This document shows positions 17,625 through 27,371 of a stretch of 51,297 nucleotides of DNA, one piece after another; position 1 is the first letter of the stretch, and the number at the start of each line of letters is the position of its first letter. The position numbers and the translations under genes were made by a program. The DNA comes from an uncultured Bacteroidales bacterium (GTDB lineage: Bacteria; Bacteroidota; Bacteroidia; Bacteroidales; JAADJA01): the NCBI GenBank assembly GCA_964408535.1, contig CAYOZZ010000381.1, positions 1-51,297 of the forward strand, given 5' to 3'. The notes beneath the pieces were generated by a model. The model did no database searches. It was not told the origin of the DNA and saw nothing but the letters and a program-made list of their open reading frames with translations.

Positions 17625-18512
17625 CTATTGTTCCGGTTCGGCCTTCCGTGTCTCCATTTGTCTGTCAACTTTTTTTACCAATCCCTGAAGAACATTTCCG
17701 GGACCAACCTCTATAAATATATCGGCACCGTCGGCAATCATATTTTTAACGGTTTGTGTCCATCTTACCGGCGATGTCAACTGTGCAATAAGGTTTTCCT
17801 TAATTTTGTCCGGATCAGTTTCAGGTTTTGCATTAACATTTTGATAAACGGGGCAAACAGGAGATTTGAACGTTGTGTTTTCAATTGCTTTTGCAAGTTC
17901 AATCCTAGCAGGCTCCATCAAAGGAGAGTGGAAAGCTCCGCCCACTTTTAACGGTAGTGCTCTTCGTGCCCCTGCCTCCTTAAGCTTTTCGCAGGCAATA
18001 TCAATGCCTTTCATTGAACCGGAGATAACAAGTTGTCCGGGACTGTTATAATTTGCAGGGACGACAATTTCGTCAATATCTTCCAATACATTCTCAACAA
18101 CCTCGTCGTCAAGTCCGAGAATGGCAGCCATTGTCGAAGGTTCGGCTTCGCAGGCAGACTGCATTGCCATTGCACGGGCATAGACCAGCTTCAGACCATC
18201 TTCAAAAGATAAAGCACCGGCGGCAACAAGTGCCGAAAACTCACCAAGCGAATGGCCTGCCACCATATCAGGTTGAAAATCGTCACCAAGTTCGTGAGCA
18301 AGAATTACCGAATGAAGAAAAATTGCAGGCTGGGTTACCTTTGTTTGTCTTAATTCTTCGTCGGTACCGGCGAACATAATATCGGTTATTCTGTAACCGA
18401 GAATATCATTGGCTTTCTCGAATAATTCCTTACCTGAACTGGTGTTGTCGAACAGTTCTTTCCCCATTCCGATAAACTGTGCTCCCTGACCGGGAAATAC
18501 ATAAGCTTTCAT
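17625..18512 (-). CDS. fabD: Malonyl-CoA:ACP transacylase
   Basis: 295 aa. Motifs FPGQGAQ, GHSLGEFSAL (active-site Ser) and GAFHSPLM. Confidence 0.95.
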   Translation of the reverse strand: MKAYVFPGQGAQFIGMGKELFDNTSSGKELFEKANDILGYRITDIMFAGTDEELRQTKVTQPAIFLHSVILAHELGDDFQPDMVAGHSLGEFSALVAAGALSFEDGLKLVYARAMAMQSACEAEPSTMAAILGLDDEVVENVLEDIDEIVVPANYNSPGQLVISGSMKGIDIACEKLKEAGARRALPLKVGGAFHSPLMEPARIELAKAIENTTFKSPVCPVYQNVNAKPETDPDKIKENLIAQLTSPVRWTQTVKNMIADGADIFIEVGPGNVLQGLVKKVDRQMETRKAEPEQ

Positions 18513-18531
18513 AGTTCAAATTTTTAGGTCG

Positions 18532-18539
18532 CAAAAGTA
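18532..18539 (-). promoter_or_regulatory. -7 promoter box (TACTTTTG on the minus strand) for fabD
   Basis: The reverse complement of CAAAAGTA is TACTTTTG, about 20 nt upstream of the ATG at 18512. Confidence 0.45.
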
Positions 18540-18597
18540 ACTATTTTACCGTTTTAAATTAGTGTAAAATTTTTTTCTTCATTTTCATAAAATAGAT

Positions 18598-18605
18598 TAC
18601 TTTTG
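18598..18605 (+). promoter_or_regulatory. -7 promoter box TACTTTTG for the Wza/Wzc-like pair
   Basis: Matches TAnnTTTG, 49 nt upstream of the ATG at 18654. It mirrors the fabD box. Confidence 0.45.
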
Positions 18606-18653
18606 CGGCTTGTTTTGAGAATGAGTGATATATTGATTTAATTTACTGATCAG

Positions 18654-19442
18654 ATGCGAAATCAAATTTCTATTTTATTAAAGCCAATACTTGCAGTCAG
18701 TGTTTTGGTGTTTATATTTTCATCCTGTGTTCCGGTTAAAAAACAGGTACTTATGCAGGTTCCCGAAGATGATTCTGCAAAAGCGGAATATTTGAATAAC
18801 AGGTCTCTTGCCGACTATCGTCTGAAACCGGGCAACAATCTTTATGTAAAAATAATTAGTGCGAATGAGGATGCCGAAAAGTTTTTTAATCCCGGTGTTA
18901 CATCTTCGGGAAACATATATTATGACGCAGCAATTTATCTGACAAGTTATTCTGTTGATGATTCAGGTTTTGTTGAACTGCCTTTTATCGGAAAGATACT
19001 TGCCAAGGACAAAACACTTGATGAATTTAACAAAGAGGTGTCAAAAATAGTTGATGAGTATCTGAAAAAGACAATAATCGTTGTTAAGCTTGTAAATTAC
19101 AATATAACTGTTGTCGGAGAAGTTAACAGGGCCGGGCAATATAAAATCTACCAGGACAAAATAAATATTTTTGAGGTTCTCGGAATGGCCGGCGATTTTA
19201 CTACTTATGCCAAAAGGGATGATGTTGTGATTGTCAGGCATACCGAAAAGGGCTCAAAGGTTCACCACATTGATTTGTTAAGTGATGATATACTTGAGTC
19301 GGAATTTTATTATCTTATGCCTGACGATATTGTCTATGTAAGACCGTTGAAAGGAAAGAACTTTGCGTATCAGATGTTCCCGTATGCACTTGTTATCTCA
19401 TCAATTTCTTTAATACTTGCAATTTTTTCAATTACAAAATAA
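18654..19442 (+). CDS. Polysaccharide export outer-membrane protein (Wza-like; Poly_export + SLBB)
   Basis: 262 aa. Signal/lipoprotein-like N-terminus (...FIFSSC), YRLKPGNNLYVKI, a GEVNRAGQY SLBB-like motif and a C-terminal hydrophobic helix. Confidence 0.85.
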   Translation: MRNQISILLKPILAVSVLVFIFSSCVPVKKQVLMQVPEDDSAKAEYLNNRSLADYRLKPGNNLYVKIISANEDAEKFFNPGVTSSGNIYYDAAIYLTSYSVDDSGFVELPFIGKILAKDKTLDEFNKEVSKIVDEYLKKTIIVVKLVNYNITVVGEVNRAGQYKIYQDKINIFEVLGMAGDFTTYAKRDDVVIVRHTEKGSKVHHIDLLSDDILESEFYYLMPDDIVYVRPLKGKNFAYQMFPYALVISSISLILAIFSITK

Positions 19443-19451
19443 GATTTAAAA

Positions 19452-21941
19452 GTGGAAAATAATTTTACAGAATTACAACAGGAAGAATCTTTTGATTATA
19501 AAGCGCTGTTTTTTAAACTTTACAGATATTGGTATTTCTTTATTCTTACCATTTTCATTGCGCTGCTGATAGCATTCCTATTTAATAAATATACAAAGCC
19601 CATTTATGAGGTTAAAACCACGGTTTTGATAAATGATACAAAGGGAGGAGAAATGGATGCCCAGGCTTTGATGGGATTCGGGTTTGTGAACAGTCAGCAA
19701 AACGTGGAAAATGAGATTGGGAAATTGCAGTCTTATTCGCTTGTAAATGAGGTTGTAAGAGACCTTGACCTCTATATTTCATATTTCAGAGAAGAAAACT
19801 TTATTACAAAAGAACTCTATAAAGACAACCCTTTCACAATTGTATTTGACTCGGCCCACCTCCAACCCATTAACCTGAAGTTTAAGCTTACTATTCTTAA
19901 CAATAAAACATATACACTTGAGGCTGAAGGGAAAAATATTAAACTGTATAATTATAAAAAATATGAAGTTTTTAAAAGCCCGGGAAAAGAAGATGAAGTC
20001 AATATCTTAATTGACAGTACTTTTGCATTCGGACAAAGAATAATTTCAAAGAATTTCAACTTTAAGGTCGAATTAACTGAGAGCTATAACCCTGAAACAG
20101 ATGGTGATGTAAGTTTCTTCTTCATCTTCAATAACCCGGATAAGCTGACGAAGCAGTTTCAGTCATTTGAAATTGAGCCTATTAAAGAGGAGTCGTCTAT
20201 TCTGAAGATTACTTTGAAAGGAAATAACGTAAATAAATCTATTGATTTCCTGAATAAGCTTACTGAGGTTTATCTTTCCAGAAACCTTGAAAAAAAGAAC
20301 AGAGCTGCTGAGAATACGGTTTCATTTATTAACTCTCAACTTGGCGTTATTTCCGATTCCCTGAATAATGCAGAACAAACATTGCAGGATTTCAGAACTG
20401 ATAATAAGGTTATGGATCTTGATTTTCAGGCAACCCAGGTTTTTGAACAATTGAAAGACCTTGAAAGTGAGAAGGCGATGCTTACTCTTAAAAACAAGTA
20501 CTATCTTACCCTTAAAGAATATATTGAGAAAAACAAAGGGCTTGAGGATGTTCTTATTATTCCTTCATCTCTCGGTATTGATGATCCGTTGTTAAATGAA
20601 TTGACAACACAACTGACAGATGCATATTCCGAAAAGCAGGAAAAACTTCTCTACTCAACAAATAAAAATCCTGCCGTTATTATGCTGAATCAGAAAATAG
20701 AGATGATAGAAGCAACTTTACTTGAAAATTTAAAAAATATCTTAAAAAATTCTCAGATTGCCATTAATGACATTAACAACAGAATTAACGATCTTGAATC
20801 AAGAGTGAAAAATCTCCCTTCAACACAAAGACAACTTCTCGGTATCGAAAGGAAATTTAAGTTAAGCGATAACCTGTACAATTATTTGATGGAAAAACGC
20901 TCGGAAGCGCAGATTACAAAAGCTTCAAATGAGCCTGACAATGAGATAATTGATATTGCAAGGGATGCCGGCGATGATCCTGTTTTCCCGAAAAAGAGTC
21001 TGAACTTTGTGATTGCTATTATTTTGGGAATCGTTTTACCTGTTGTATATATACTTGGGAAAGATTATTTTAATGACAGTATCGTTGAACGGAAAGATGT
21101 CGAAAATATTACCAGCTATCCGATTGTCGGGCATATTATTCACAGTAACAGAGACACGCAGGCTGTTGTTGCCGAATCGCCAAAATCATCTATTGCGGAG
21201 TCATTCCGTTCAATCAGAACAAATTTGCAGTTTTTAGGACAAGGTAAAGACGACAAACAGACGATTCTCATAACTTCGGATATGGTTAGTGCCGGTAAGA
21301 CTTTTACTGCAATAAACCTTGCATCCATTTTTGCTCTTTACGGCAAGAAAACCGTTCTTCTCGGGTTTGACCTGAGAAAACCGAAGATATATAAGGATTT
21401 CGGACTGAAAAATGTTGAAGGTATAAGTTCATACCTTATTAATAAGAGTGAATTTGAAGATATTATCCAGCACTCTCCGATTGAAAATCTTGATGTCATA
21501 ATGGCCGGGCCTGTTCCTCCAAACCCGGCAGAGTTAATAGCTTCAAAGAAGACAGATGAGATGTTTGAAAAAATCAAAGAAAGATATGACTATATCATCC
21601 TTGATACTCCTCCTGTCGGTTTGGTAACGGATGCGTTTCTTCTGATGAAATATACCGACTCGAACATATTTGTCGTAAGACAAAATTATACTAATAAAAA
21701 AGTCTTTTCATCTATTATGGCTGACCTTGAAAAACGTAATCTGAAGAATATCAGTATTCTGATCAATGACGTTAAACTGACCAAGAGTTCTTATGGTTAC
21801 GGATACGGTTACGGATACGGTTACGGCTATGGTTATGGATACGGCTATGGCTATGGTTATGGCTATGGATACGGTTATTACTCCGATGATAAGGCTCAGG
21901 AGAAAGATTCGACAATGAAAAGAATCTTTAAGAATACATAA
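19452..21941 (+). CDS. Wzc/GumC-like chain-length determinant fused to a BY-type tyrosine kinase
   Basis: 829 aa. N-terminal TM + Wzz-like coiled-coil periplasmic region, a second TM, Walker A SAGKTF, Walker B YIILDTPPVG, and a C-terminal Tyr cluster. GTG start, with no upstream in-frame ATG. Confidence 0.9.
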   Translation: MENNFTELQQEESFDYKALFFKLYRYWYFFILTIFIALLIAFLFNKYTKPIYEVKTTVLINDTKGGEMDAQALMGFGFVNSQQNVENEIGKLQSYSLVNEVVRDLDLYISYFREENFITKELYKDNPFTIVFDSAHLQPINLKFKLTILNNKTYTLEAEGKNIKLYNYKKYEVFKSPGKEDEVNILIDSTFAFGQRIISKNFNFKVELTESYNPETDGDVSFFFIFNNPDKLTKQFQSFEIEPIKEESSILKITLKGNNVNKSIDFLNKLTEVYLSRNLEKKNRAAENTVSFINSQLGVISDSLNNAEQTLQDFRTDNKVMDLDFQATQVFEQLKDLESEKAMLTLKNKYYLTLKEYIEKNKGLEDVLIIPSSLGIDDPLLNELTTQLTDAYSEKQEKLLYSTNKNPAVIMLNQKIEMIEATLLENLKNILKNSQIAINDINNRINDLESRVKNLPSTQRQLLGIERKFKLSDNLYNYLMEKRSEAQITKASNEPDNEIIDIARDAGDDPVFPKKSLNFVIAIILGIVLPVVYILGKDYFNDSIVERKDVENITSYPIVGHIIHSNRDTQAVVAESPKSSIAESFRSIRTNLQFLGQGKDDKQTILITSDMVSAGKTFTAINLASIFALYGKKTVLLGFDLRKPKIYKDFGLKNVEGISSYLINKSEFEDIIQHSPIENLDVIMAGPVPPNPAELIASKKTDEMFEKIKERYDYIILDTPPVGLVTDAFLLMKYTDSNIFVVRQNYTNKKVFSSIMADLEKRNLKNISILINDVKLTKSSYGYGYGYGYGYGYGYGYGYGYGYGYGYGYYSDDKAQEKDSTMKRIFKNT
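21792..21881 (+). repeat. In-frame dipeptide repeat (YG)14-YY at the C-terminus of the Wzc-like kinase
   Basis: Thirty consecutive codons alternate TAT/TAC with GGT/GGA/GGC. The longest exact nucleotide period is the 12-nt unit GGTTACGGATAC, repeated about 2.7 times. Confidence 0.95.
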
Positions 21942-21942
21942 T

Positions 21943-22614
21943 TTAAAATAATTCTTTTAGTTTCATAACTACCTCCGGGCTGTCATTTGCCGGAGAGTTA
22001 ACTGATTTTGACACCTTGTATGCTGTAAGGAGTTCGGAGTCAATGGGTTTTAGCAGAGCTTTAAGGATTTCGGGATTTTGCTCATCAAGCCATTCCCTTT
22101 CTTTTCCGGGTTCTAAAATAACCGGCATTCTGGTATGAATATTTTTCATCAACTCATTTGGTTCTGTTGTTATAATTGCAAATGAATCTGTTATTTTACC
22201 TGATTCGTCTTTCCAGGAATCCCATATTCCTGCCATAGCAAAAGGAGTCCCGTCGTTCATAACAATACGGTAGGGTATTTTTTCCTTTGAGCCAATCTTT
22301 TTCCATTCATAAAATCCGTCGCTCAACACGAGGCAACGCTTTCGTTTAAATGAGTTTTTAAAAGATGCCTTTTGGTCAATTGTCTCGGCTTTGGCATTAA
22401 TCAGTTTGTTACCAATGGATTTATCTTTTGCCCAAAACGGAATAAGCCCCCATCTGTAAAAACTTAACTCATCGGGATTTTTATTTGAAATCACTGCCAG
22501 TTTTTGTGACGGGGCACAGTTATATCTGGGTTTATAGGTATTTGTATCCACCCTGACATGAAAATGATCTTCAATCATTTCGGCAATAACTGTAAATGAA
22601 AATCTTCCGCACAT
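21943..22614 (-). CDS. SOS-response-associated peptidase (SRAP/YedK family, abasic-site processing)
   Basis: 223 aa starting MCGRFS (catalytic Cys2). Motifs YNCAPSQ and RMPVIL. Confidence 0.9.
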   Translation of the reverse strand: MCGRFSFTVIAEMIEDHFHVRVDTNTYKPRYNCAPSQKLAVISNKNPDELSFYRWGLIPFWAKDKSIGNKLINAKAETIDQKASFKNSFKRKRCLVLSDGFYEWKKIGSKEKIPYRIVMNDGTPFAMAGIWDSWKDESGKITDSFAIITTEPNELMKNIHTRMPVILEPGKEREWLDEQNPEILKALLKPIDSELLTAYKVSKSVNSPANDSPEVVMKLKELF

Positions 22615-22710
22615 TTGTTACATTAAAAAGCAAAAGTATGAAAAGAATGAATGTTTTTATTTGGGAATTTTATTTTTTTTATAGCATTTGGTATTTTCTA
22701 AATATTTTTA

Positions 22711-22718
22711 TATTTTTG
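22711..22718 (+). promoter_or_regulatory. -7 promoter box TATTTTTG for the 494-aa T9SS cargo gene
   Basis: Matches TAnnTTTG, 38 nt upstream of the ATG at 22756. Confidence 0.4.
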
Positions 22719-22755
22719 GCCGGATTATTTATTCAAAAAATTAAAACCTAATGAA

Positions 22756-24240
22756 ATGAGGCAGTCAAAGTTACTTTTAACAGCCGTATTGCTTGTGTTT
22801 CTTGGCCTGACCGTATTCGGACAGGCAAGCATAACGGTTAATCCCGGAACTAATGTCACAATTGGCACCGGGACGACTCTCGATGTCGGAGGGCAGAAAT
22901 TGTTGCTAATGGATGATTATTCGTCGGCACCATCTTTCCTTCAGTACGGAAATCTGACATTTTCGGGTGGGGGAGAGGCTTTTGTGGAACAATATCTGAC
23001 AAGGGATGTTTTTCATATGGTCTCCGAACCGGTTAATAATGAAGTTATTGAGGTGTATCAGTGGAAATACCTTGAACAGTTCAATGAAAATGACGGAACC
23101 TGGACATTTCTGAATCTGCCGCTTACAACTCCGTTGAATGTTGGCGAGGGCTATTTTGTCTATTCCTATACAACCGACCCTAACGGTCAATGGCCCTCAT
23201 CAGGTGATTCAGTTGTGTTTAACGGAAATCTCAATTATCAGGATGTGAATATTACTCTTTCAAATACCGATGCCAGCCCGACTTCAGGCTGGAACCTGAT
23301 AGGTAATCCTTTTCCTGTTGCAATTGAATGGAATAACAGTCCCGACTGGAATCTCAATAATGTGGGAGCCTCAATGTATATTTATGATCCTGACGGAGGA
23401 GGTAATTATGTTGTATGGAACACAACAAGCGGCGGCACAAATCCGAATGGCGGGTTCATTGCCGCCACACAGGGATTTTGGGTTAGAACCGCCGATACTG
23501 TCGGAGGTGCTGCTTCTCTGACAATTCCGGCATCGCAGCGCTATCATAATGCTGCAACATTTTTCAAAAGCAGTGGCCCGGTTATTCCCAATCAGCTTTT
23601 GCTTACAGTTGAAGGAAATAATCAGACCGATAAAACGGTTATCGGTTTTTACGATAAAGCCACAGCAGAATTTGATCCGCAATATGACGGTGTTTATTAC
23701 AAAGCTCCCGGAGGTGCTCTGTCGCTCTATTCTGTGACTTACGGCGAAAAATATGCTCTTAATGAGTTGCCTTCAGCGGAAGATTATCCTGTTGTCTCTC
23801 TTAATTTTGAGCCGACGGCTACCGGAAAATACACATTAAAGTCGGAATGGCTTGAGAGTATTCCCGAAGAAATTCCCGTTTATCTCGAAGATAAGCAGAA
23901 CAAAGTTATCAGAGACTTAAGAACACAACCTGATTATACCTTTTCTGCAACAAAATCGGATAAAGCCGACAGATTTAATATCTGGTTTACCGAACCTGGA
24001 ATATCTGAAAATCTGTTATCATACATTCATATTTACAGCTATGCAAAAACGGTTTATCTTGAAATTCCTGTCAGCCTGAATGGCGAAATAACAATTTATG
24101 ATATAACGGGAAAGAAAATTGTCAGCCGTAAAGCAACTGCCGGCAGGAACGAAATTAAGCTTCGGCAACCCAACGGAAACTATATTGTTAGAGTAGTTGC
24201 CGACGAAGGAACAATTTCAAAAAAGGTTTACATTAATTAA
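22756..24240 (+). CDS. Secreted protein with a T9SS C-terminal sorting domain; paralogous to the C-terminal third of the 1846-aa protein
   Basis: 494 aa. Signal peptide, then a C-terminal ITIYDITGKKI...NGNYIVRVVADEGTISKKVYIN (type A CTD pattern). Colinear motifs are shared with residues encoded around 48200-49490 (NPFPVAIEW/NPYPSALEA, QGFWV/QGFFV, PVYLEDK/PIYLEDT, DRFNIWF/NRFILHF). Confidence 0.85.
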   Translation: MRQSKLLLTAVLLVFLGLTVFGQASITVNPGTNVTIGTGTTLDVGGQKLLLMDDYSSAPSFLQYGNLTFSGGGEAFVEQYLTRDVFHMVSEPVNNEVIEVYQWKYLEQFNENDGTWTFLNLPLTTPLNVGEGYFVYSYTTDPNGQWPSSGDSVVFNGNLNYQDVNITLSNTDASPTSGWNLIGNPFPVAIEWNNSPDWNLNNVGASMYIYDPDGGGNYVVWNTTSGGTNPNGGFIAATQGFWVRTADTVGGAASLTIPASQRYHNAATFFKSSGPVIPNQLLLTVEGNNQTDKTVIGFYDKATAEFDPQYDGVYYKAPGGALSLYSVTYGEKYALNELPSAEDYPVVSLNFEPTATGKYTLKSEWLESIPEEIPVYLEDKQNKVIRDLRTQPDYTFSATKSDKADRFNIWFTEPGISENLLSYIHIYSYAKTVYLEIPVSLNGEITIYDITGKKIVSRKATAGRNEIKLRQPNGNYIVRVVADEGTISKKVYIN

Positions 24241-24273
24241 TAGGAAATAATAACTCAAAAAAAACATATAAAA

Positions 24274-25434
24274 ATGAAAACAGTAAAATTTGCACTCATA
24301 GCTTTCATCGTTTCATTTGTAACGATAACCGTAAACGCCCAGAATCAGGGTGTGGCAATCAACAGCGACGGCGCACAGGCAGACCAGTCTGCAATGCTTG
24401 ACGTAAAATCTACAACAGGCGGAATCTTAATTCCCCGGATGACACAGACACAGCGTAACAATATCAGCTCTCCGGCAACCGGACTTCTGGTTTATCAGAC
24501 AGACAATACCGACGGTTTTTACTATTATGACGGTGCCGGCTGGAATTACATCGGGGCTCCAGATAATGACTGGACCGTTAACGGCAATGACCTTTACAAC
24601 AATAATTCGGGTAATGTGGGAATAGGCACAAATTCTCCCGGTGCAAAACTTGAGGTTGCCGGACATATCTGGCAGACAGGAACGGGAAACTCTGTTTTTC
24701 TCGGTGAGAGTGCCGGTGCTGCTGATGATCTTAGCGATAATGTTAATGTTTTTGTCGGAAAACAGGCAGGACAGTCGAATACTTCAGGAGAGAATAATGT
24801 TGCTATAGGGATGCAGGCATTATTGGCGAATACTTCAGGTGTAAGAAATATTGCAATAGGCTCGGCGTCATCGTGGTTTAGTAACGGAAGTGGAAATATC
24901 TCAATCGGACATTCTACATCTGCAAACAATCTTGATGGAAGTTATAATACGGTTTTGGGTACGTGGGCTTTTAAAGCGTTTCAACATTCAAGTTATAATA
25001 CTGCATTAGGTTTTAATGCAATCGGCGATTTTCAGGCTATTCCCTGGGCTTTAGGGTATTATTCAGGTGACAGGCTCACAGCAGTCGGCTATGAAGCCGT
25101 GTTCAAAAACCAGGGAGGAGAGAGAAATACAGGTGTCGGATATAAAGCCTTGCACGAAAATGAAGACGGGAATCACAATACTGCTATTGGTTACGGTGCT
25201 TCTGAAAATCTTGACGGATTGGATAATACGACAGCCCTCGGCTATGGAGCAGAACCGACTGCAAGCAACCAGGTTGTGCTGGGTAATGCTAGTGTTACTC
25301 AGGTTAAAACAGCCGGTGCTATTACAATAGGTGGAAGTAATGCTACTACGGAAGCAGGAACTATAAGATTTGACTCCGGGACAGGTCATTTCTATGGGTA
25401 CAACGGAACATCCTGGGTTCAGTTGGATAATTAA
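24274..25434 (+). CDS. Secreted fibre-like repeat protein (YadA-head/Hep_Hag-like NxAxGxxA repeats) lacking any recognisable anchor
   Basis: 386 aa. Signal peptide (...TVNAQ), N-terminal LIPRMTQTQRNNI...GLLVYQTDNTDGFYYYDGAGW, then NVGIGTNSPGAKLEVAG. Many repeats follow (NNVAIGMQA, RNIAIGSAS, YNTVLGTWA, YNTALGFNA, RNTGVGYKA, HNTAIGYGA, NTTALGYGA). The C-terminal GTIRFDSGTGHFYGYNGTSW echoes the N-terminal motif. Confidence 0.75.
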   Translation: MKTVKFALIAFIVSFVTITVNAQNQGVAINSDGAQADQSAMLDVKSTTGGILIPRMTQTQRNNISSPATGLLVYQTDNTDGFYYYDGAGWNYIGAPDNDWTVNGNDLYNNNSGNVGIGTNSPGAKLEVAGHIWQTGTGNSVFLGESAGAADDLSDNVNVFVGKQAGQSNTSGENNVAIGMQALLANTSGVRNIAIGSASSWFSNGSGNISIGHSTSANNLDGSYNTVLGTWAFKAFQHSSYNTALGFNAIGDFQAIPWALGYYSGDRLTAVGYEAVFKNQGGERNTGVGYKALHENEDGNHNTAIGYGASENLDGLDNTTALGYGAEPTASNQVVLGNASVTQVKTAGAITIGGSNATTEAGTIRFDSGTGHFYGYNGTSWVQLDN

Positions 25435-25456
25435 AATACAATAGAATGGACGTTGC

Positions 25457-25490
25457 AAAACCTGACAGGTCTTCAAGACCTGTCAGGTTT
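25457..25490. repeat. REP-like palindrome copy 3 (variant: AAAA-CCTGACAGGTCT-TCA-AGACCTGTCAGG-TTT); bidirectional terminator-like
   Basis: Same architecture as copies 1 and 2. The A>G change in the left arm is matched by T>C in the right arm. It sits between convergent stops at 25434 (+) and 25496 (-), flanked by A4 and T3. Confidence 0.85.
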
Positions 25491-25495
25491 GATTG

Positions 25496-26461
25496 CTACG
25501 ATTCCCTTCTGTTCAGCAACTGGGCAAATTTTATTAATTCCGACTTTCTGTTTTCGTTTACAGGGATGATTTCAATGAAATCCATTGCCCTGTCAAAATA
25601 TTTTTTCATCTCATTTTCGGTCTCTTCACGAATATTCAGTTCCTCGTAAATTTTTCTAACCTCAGAAATTTTATCGGAATCGTTATTGCCGAAAAGATGG
25701 GTGAGTCTTGTAAGTGTTTCTCCTTCAGCTTTTTCAAAAGCTTTCAGGTAAAGAAATGTTTTTTTATTTGTTGCAATATCACCACCGGTCTGTTTTCCGA
25801 ATTTTTCAATATCGCTGAATACATCCAACAGGTCGTCTTTCAACTGGAAAGCTATCCCGAGATTTTCTCCGAAACGGTACAGCGCTTCACAATATTCACT
25901 GTCAGCACCGGCCAGCATGGCACCGATTTTCAGGCTACCGGCAAGAAGAACGGCGGTTTTTAACCGTATCATCTCAATATAGTCTTTTATTGTGATATTA
26001 TTTTGGGTTTCAAAGTTCATATCATATTGCTGTCCTTCACAAACCTCAATTGCTGTTTTGTTAAAAACGGAAAATACCTCCGACCTGATACTTTCGGGAG
26101 CTTTCATAATGTACTCATAGGCAAGTGCCATCATTGTATCTCCTGAGAGAATGGCAACATTCGTGTTCCATTTTTTATAAACCGTTTCCTCACCTCTGCG
26201 GAGGGGAGCTTCATCCATAATATCATCATGAAGGAGAGTGAAGTTGTGAAAAATCTCAATACCAATTGCCGGATTTATCGCCTGTTCAACATCGCCGCCG
26301 AACATATCGCAGGCCATAAGGCATAAAGCGGGCCTCAGCCTTTTACCTCCAAGTGACAATGTATATGAAATCGGTTCATATAATTCGCCCGGCTTTTTGC
26401 GAAAGTCAATCTCTTTGAAAGTCTCTGCTATTCTTTTTTGGATTTCTTCAATAGTCTGCAT
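25496..26461 (-). CDS. Polyprenyl (short-chain, FPP/GGPP-type) diphosphate synthase
   Basis: 321 aa. First Asp-rich motif LLHDDIMD, second KDDLLD. Phe at position -5 from the first motif suggests a short product; this is an inference. Confidence 0.85.
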   Translation of the reverse strand: MQTIEEIQKRIAETFKEIDFRKKPGELYEPISYTLSLGGKRLRPALCLMACDMFGGDVEQAINPAIGIEIFHNFTLLHDDIMDEAPLRRGEETVYKKWNTNVAILSGDTMMALAYEYIMKAPESIRSEVFSVFNKTAIEVCEGQQYDMNFETQNNITIKDYIEMIRLKTAVLLAGSLKIGAMLAGADSEYCEALYRFGENLGIAFQLKDDLLDVFSDIEKFGKQTGGDIATNKKTFLYLKAFEKAEGETLTRLTHLFGNNDSDKISEVRKIYEELNIREETENEMKKYFDRAMDFIEIIPVNENRKSELIKFAQLLNRRES

Positions 26462-26467
26462 CTCATT

Positions 26468-27328
<861 letters not shown>

Positions 27329-27371
27329 AGAGTTAAATTTAAAATCTGATGTAAAGATAGGATAATTTTAT

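Noticed and set aside
18531-18608. 18-19-nt inverted repeat (CGCAAAAGTAACTATTTT / AAAATAGATTACTTTTGCG) as an invertible promoter switch
   Set aside because: Each arm is simply a TAnnTTTG -7 promoter box with its flanks, facing fabD and the Wza-like gene respectively. No recombinase is nearby. I read it as two divergent promoters.
21792-21881. Hexanucleotide-like repeat as a non-coding microsatellite or CRISPR-like array
   Set aside because: It is in frame within the Wzc-like ORF and encodes the kinase's tyrosine cluster. There is no spacer-repeat architecture.
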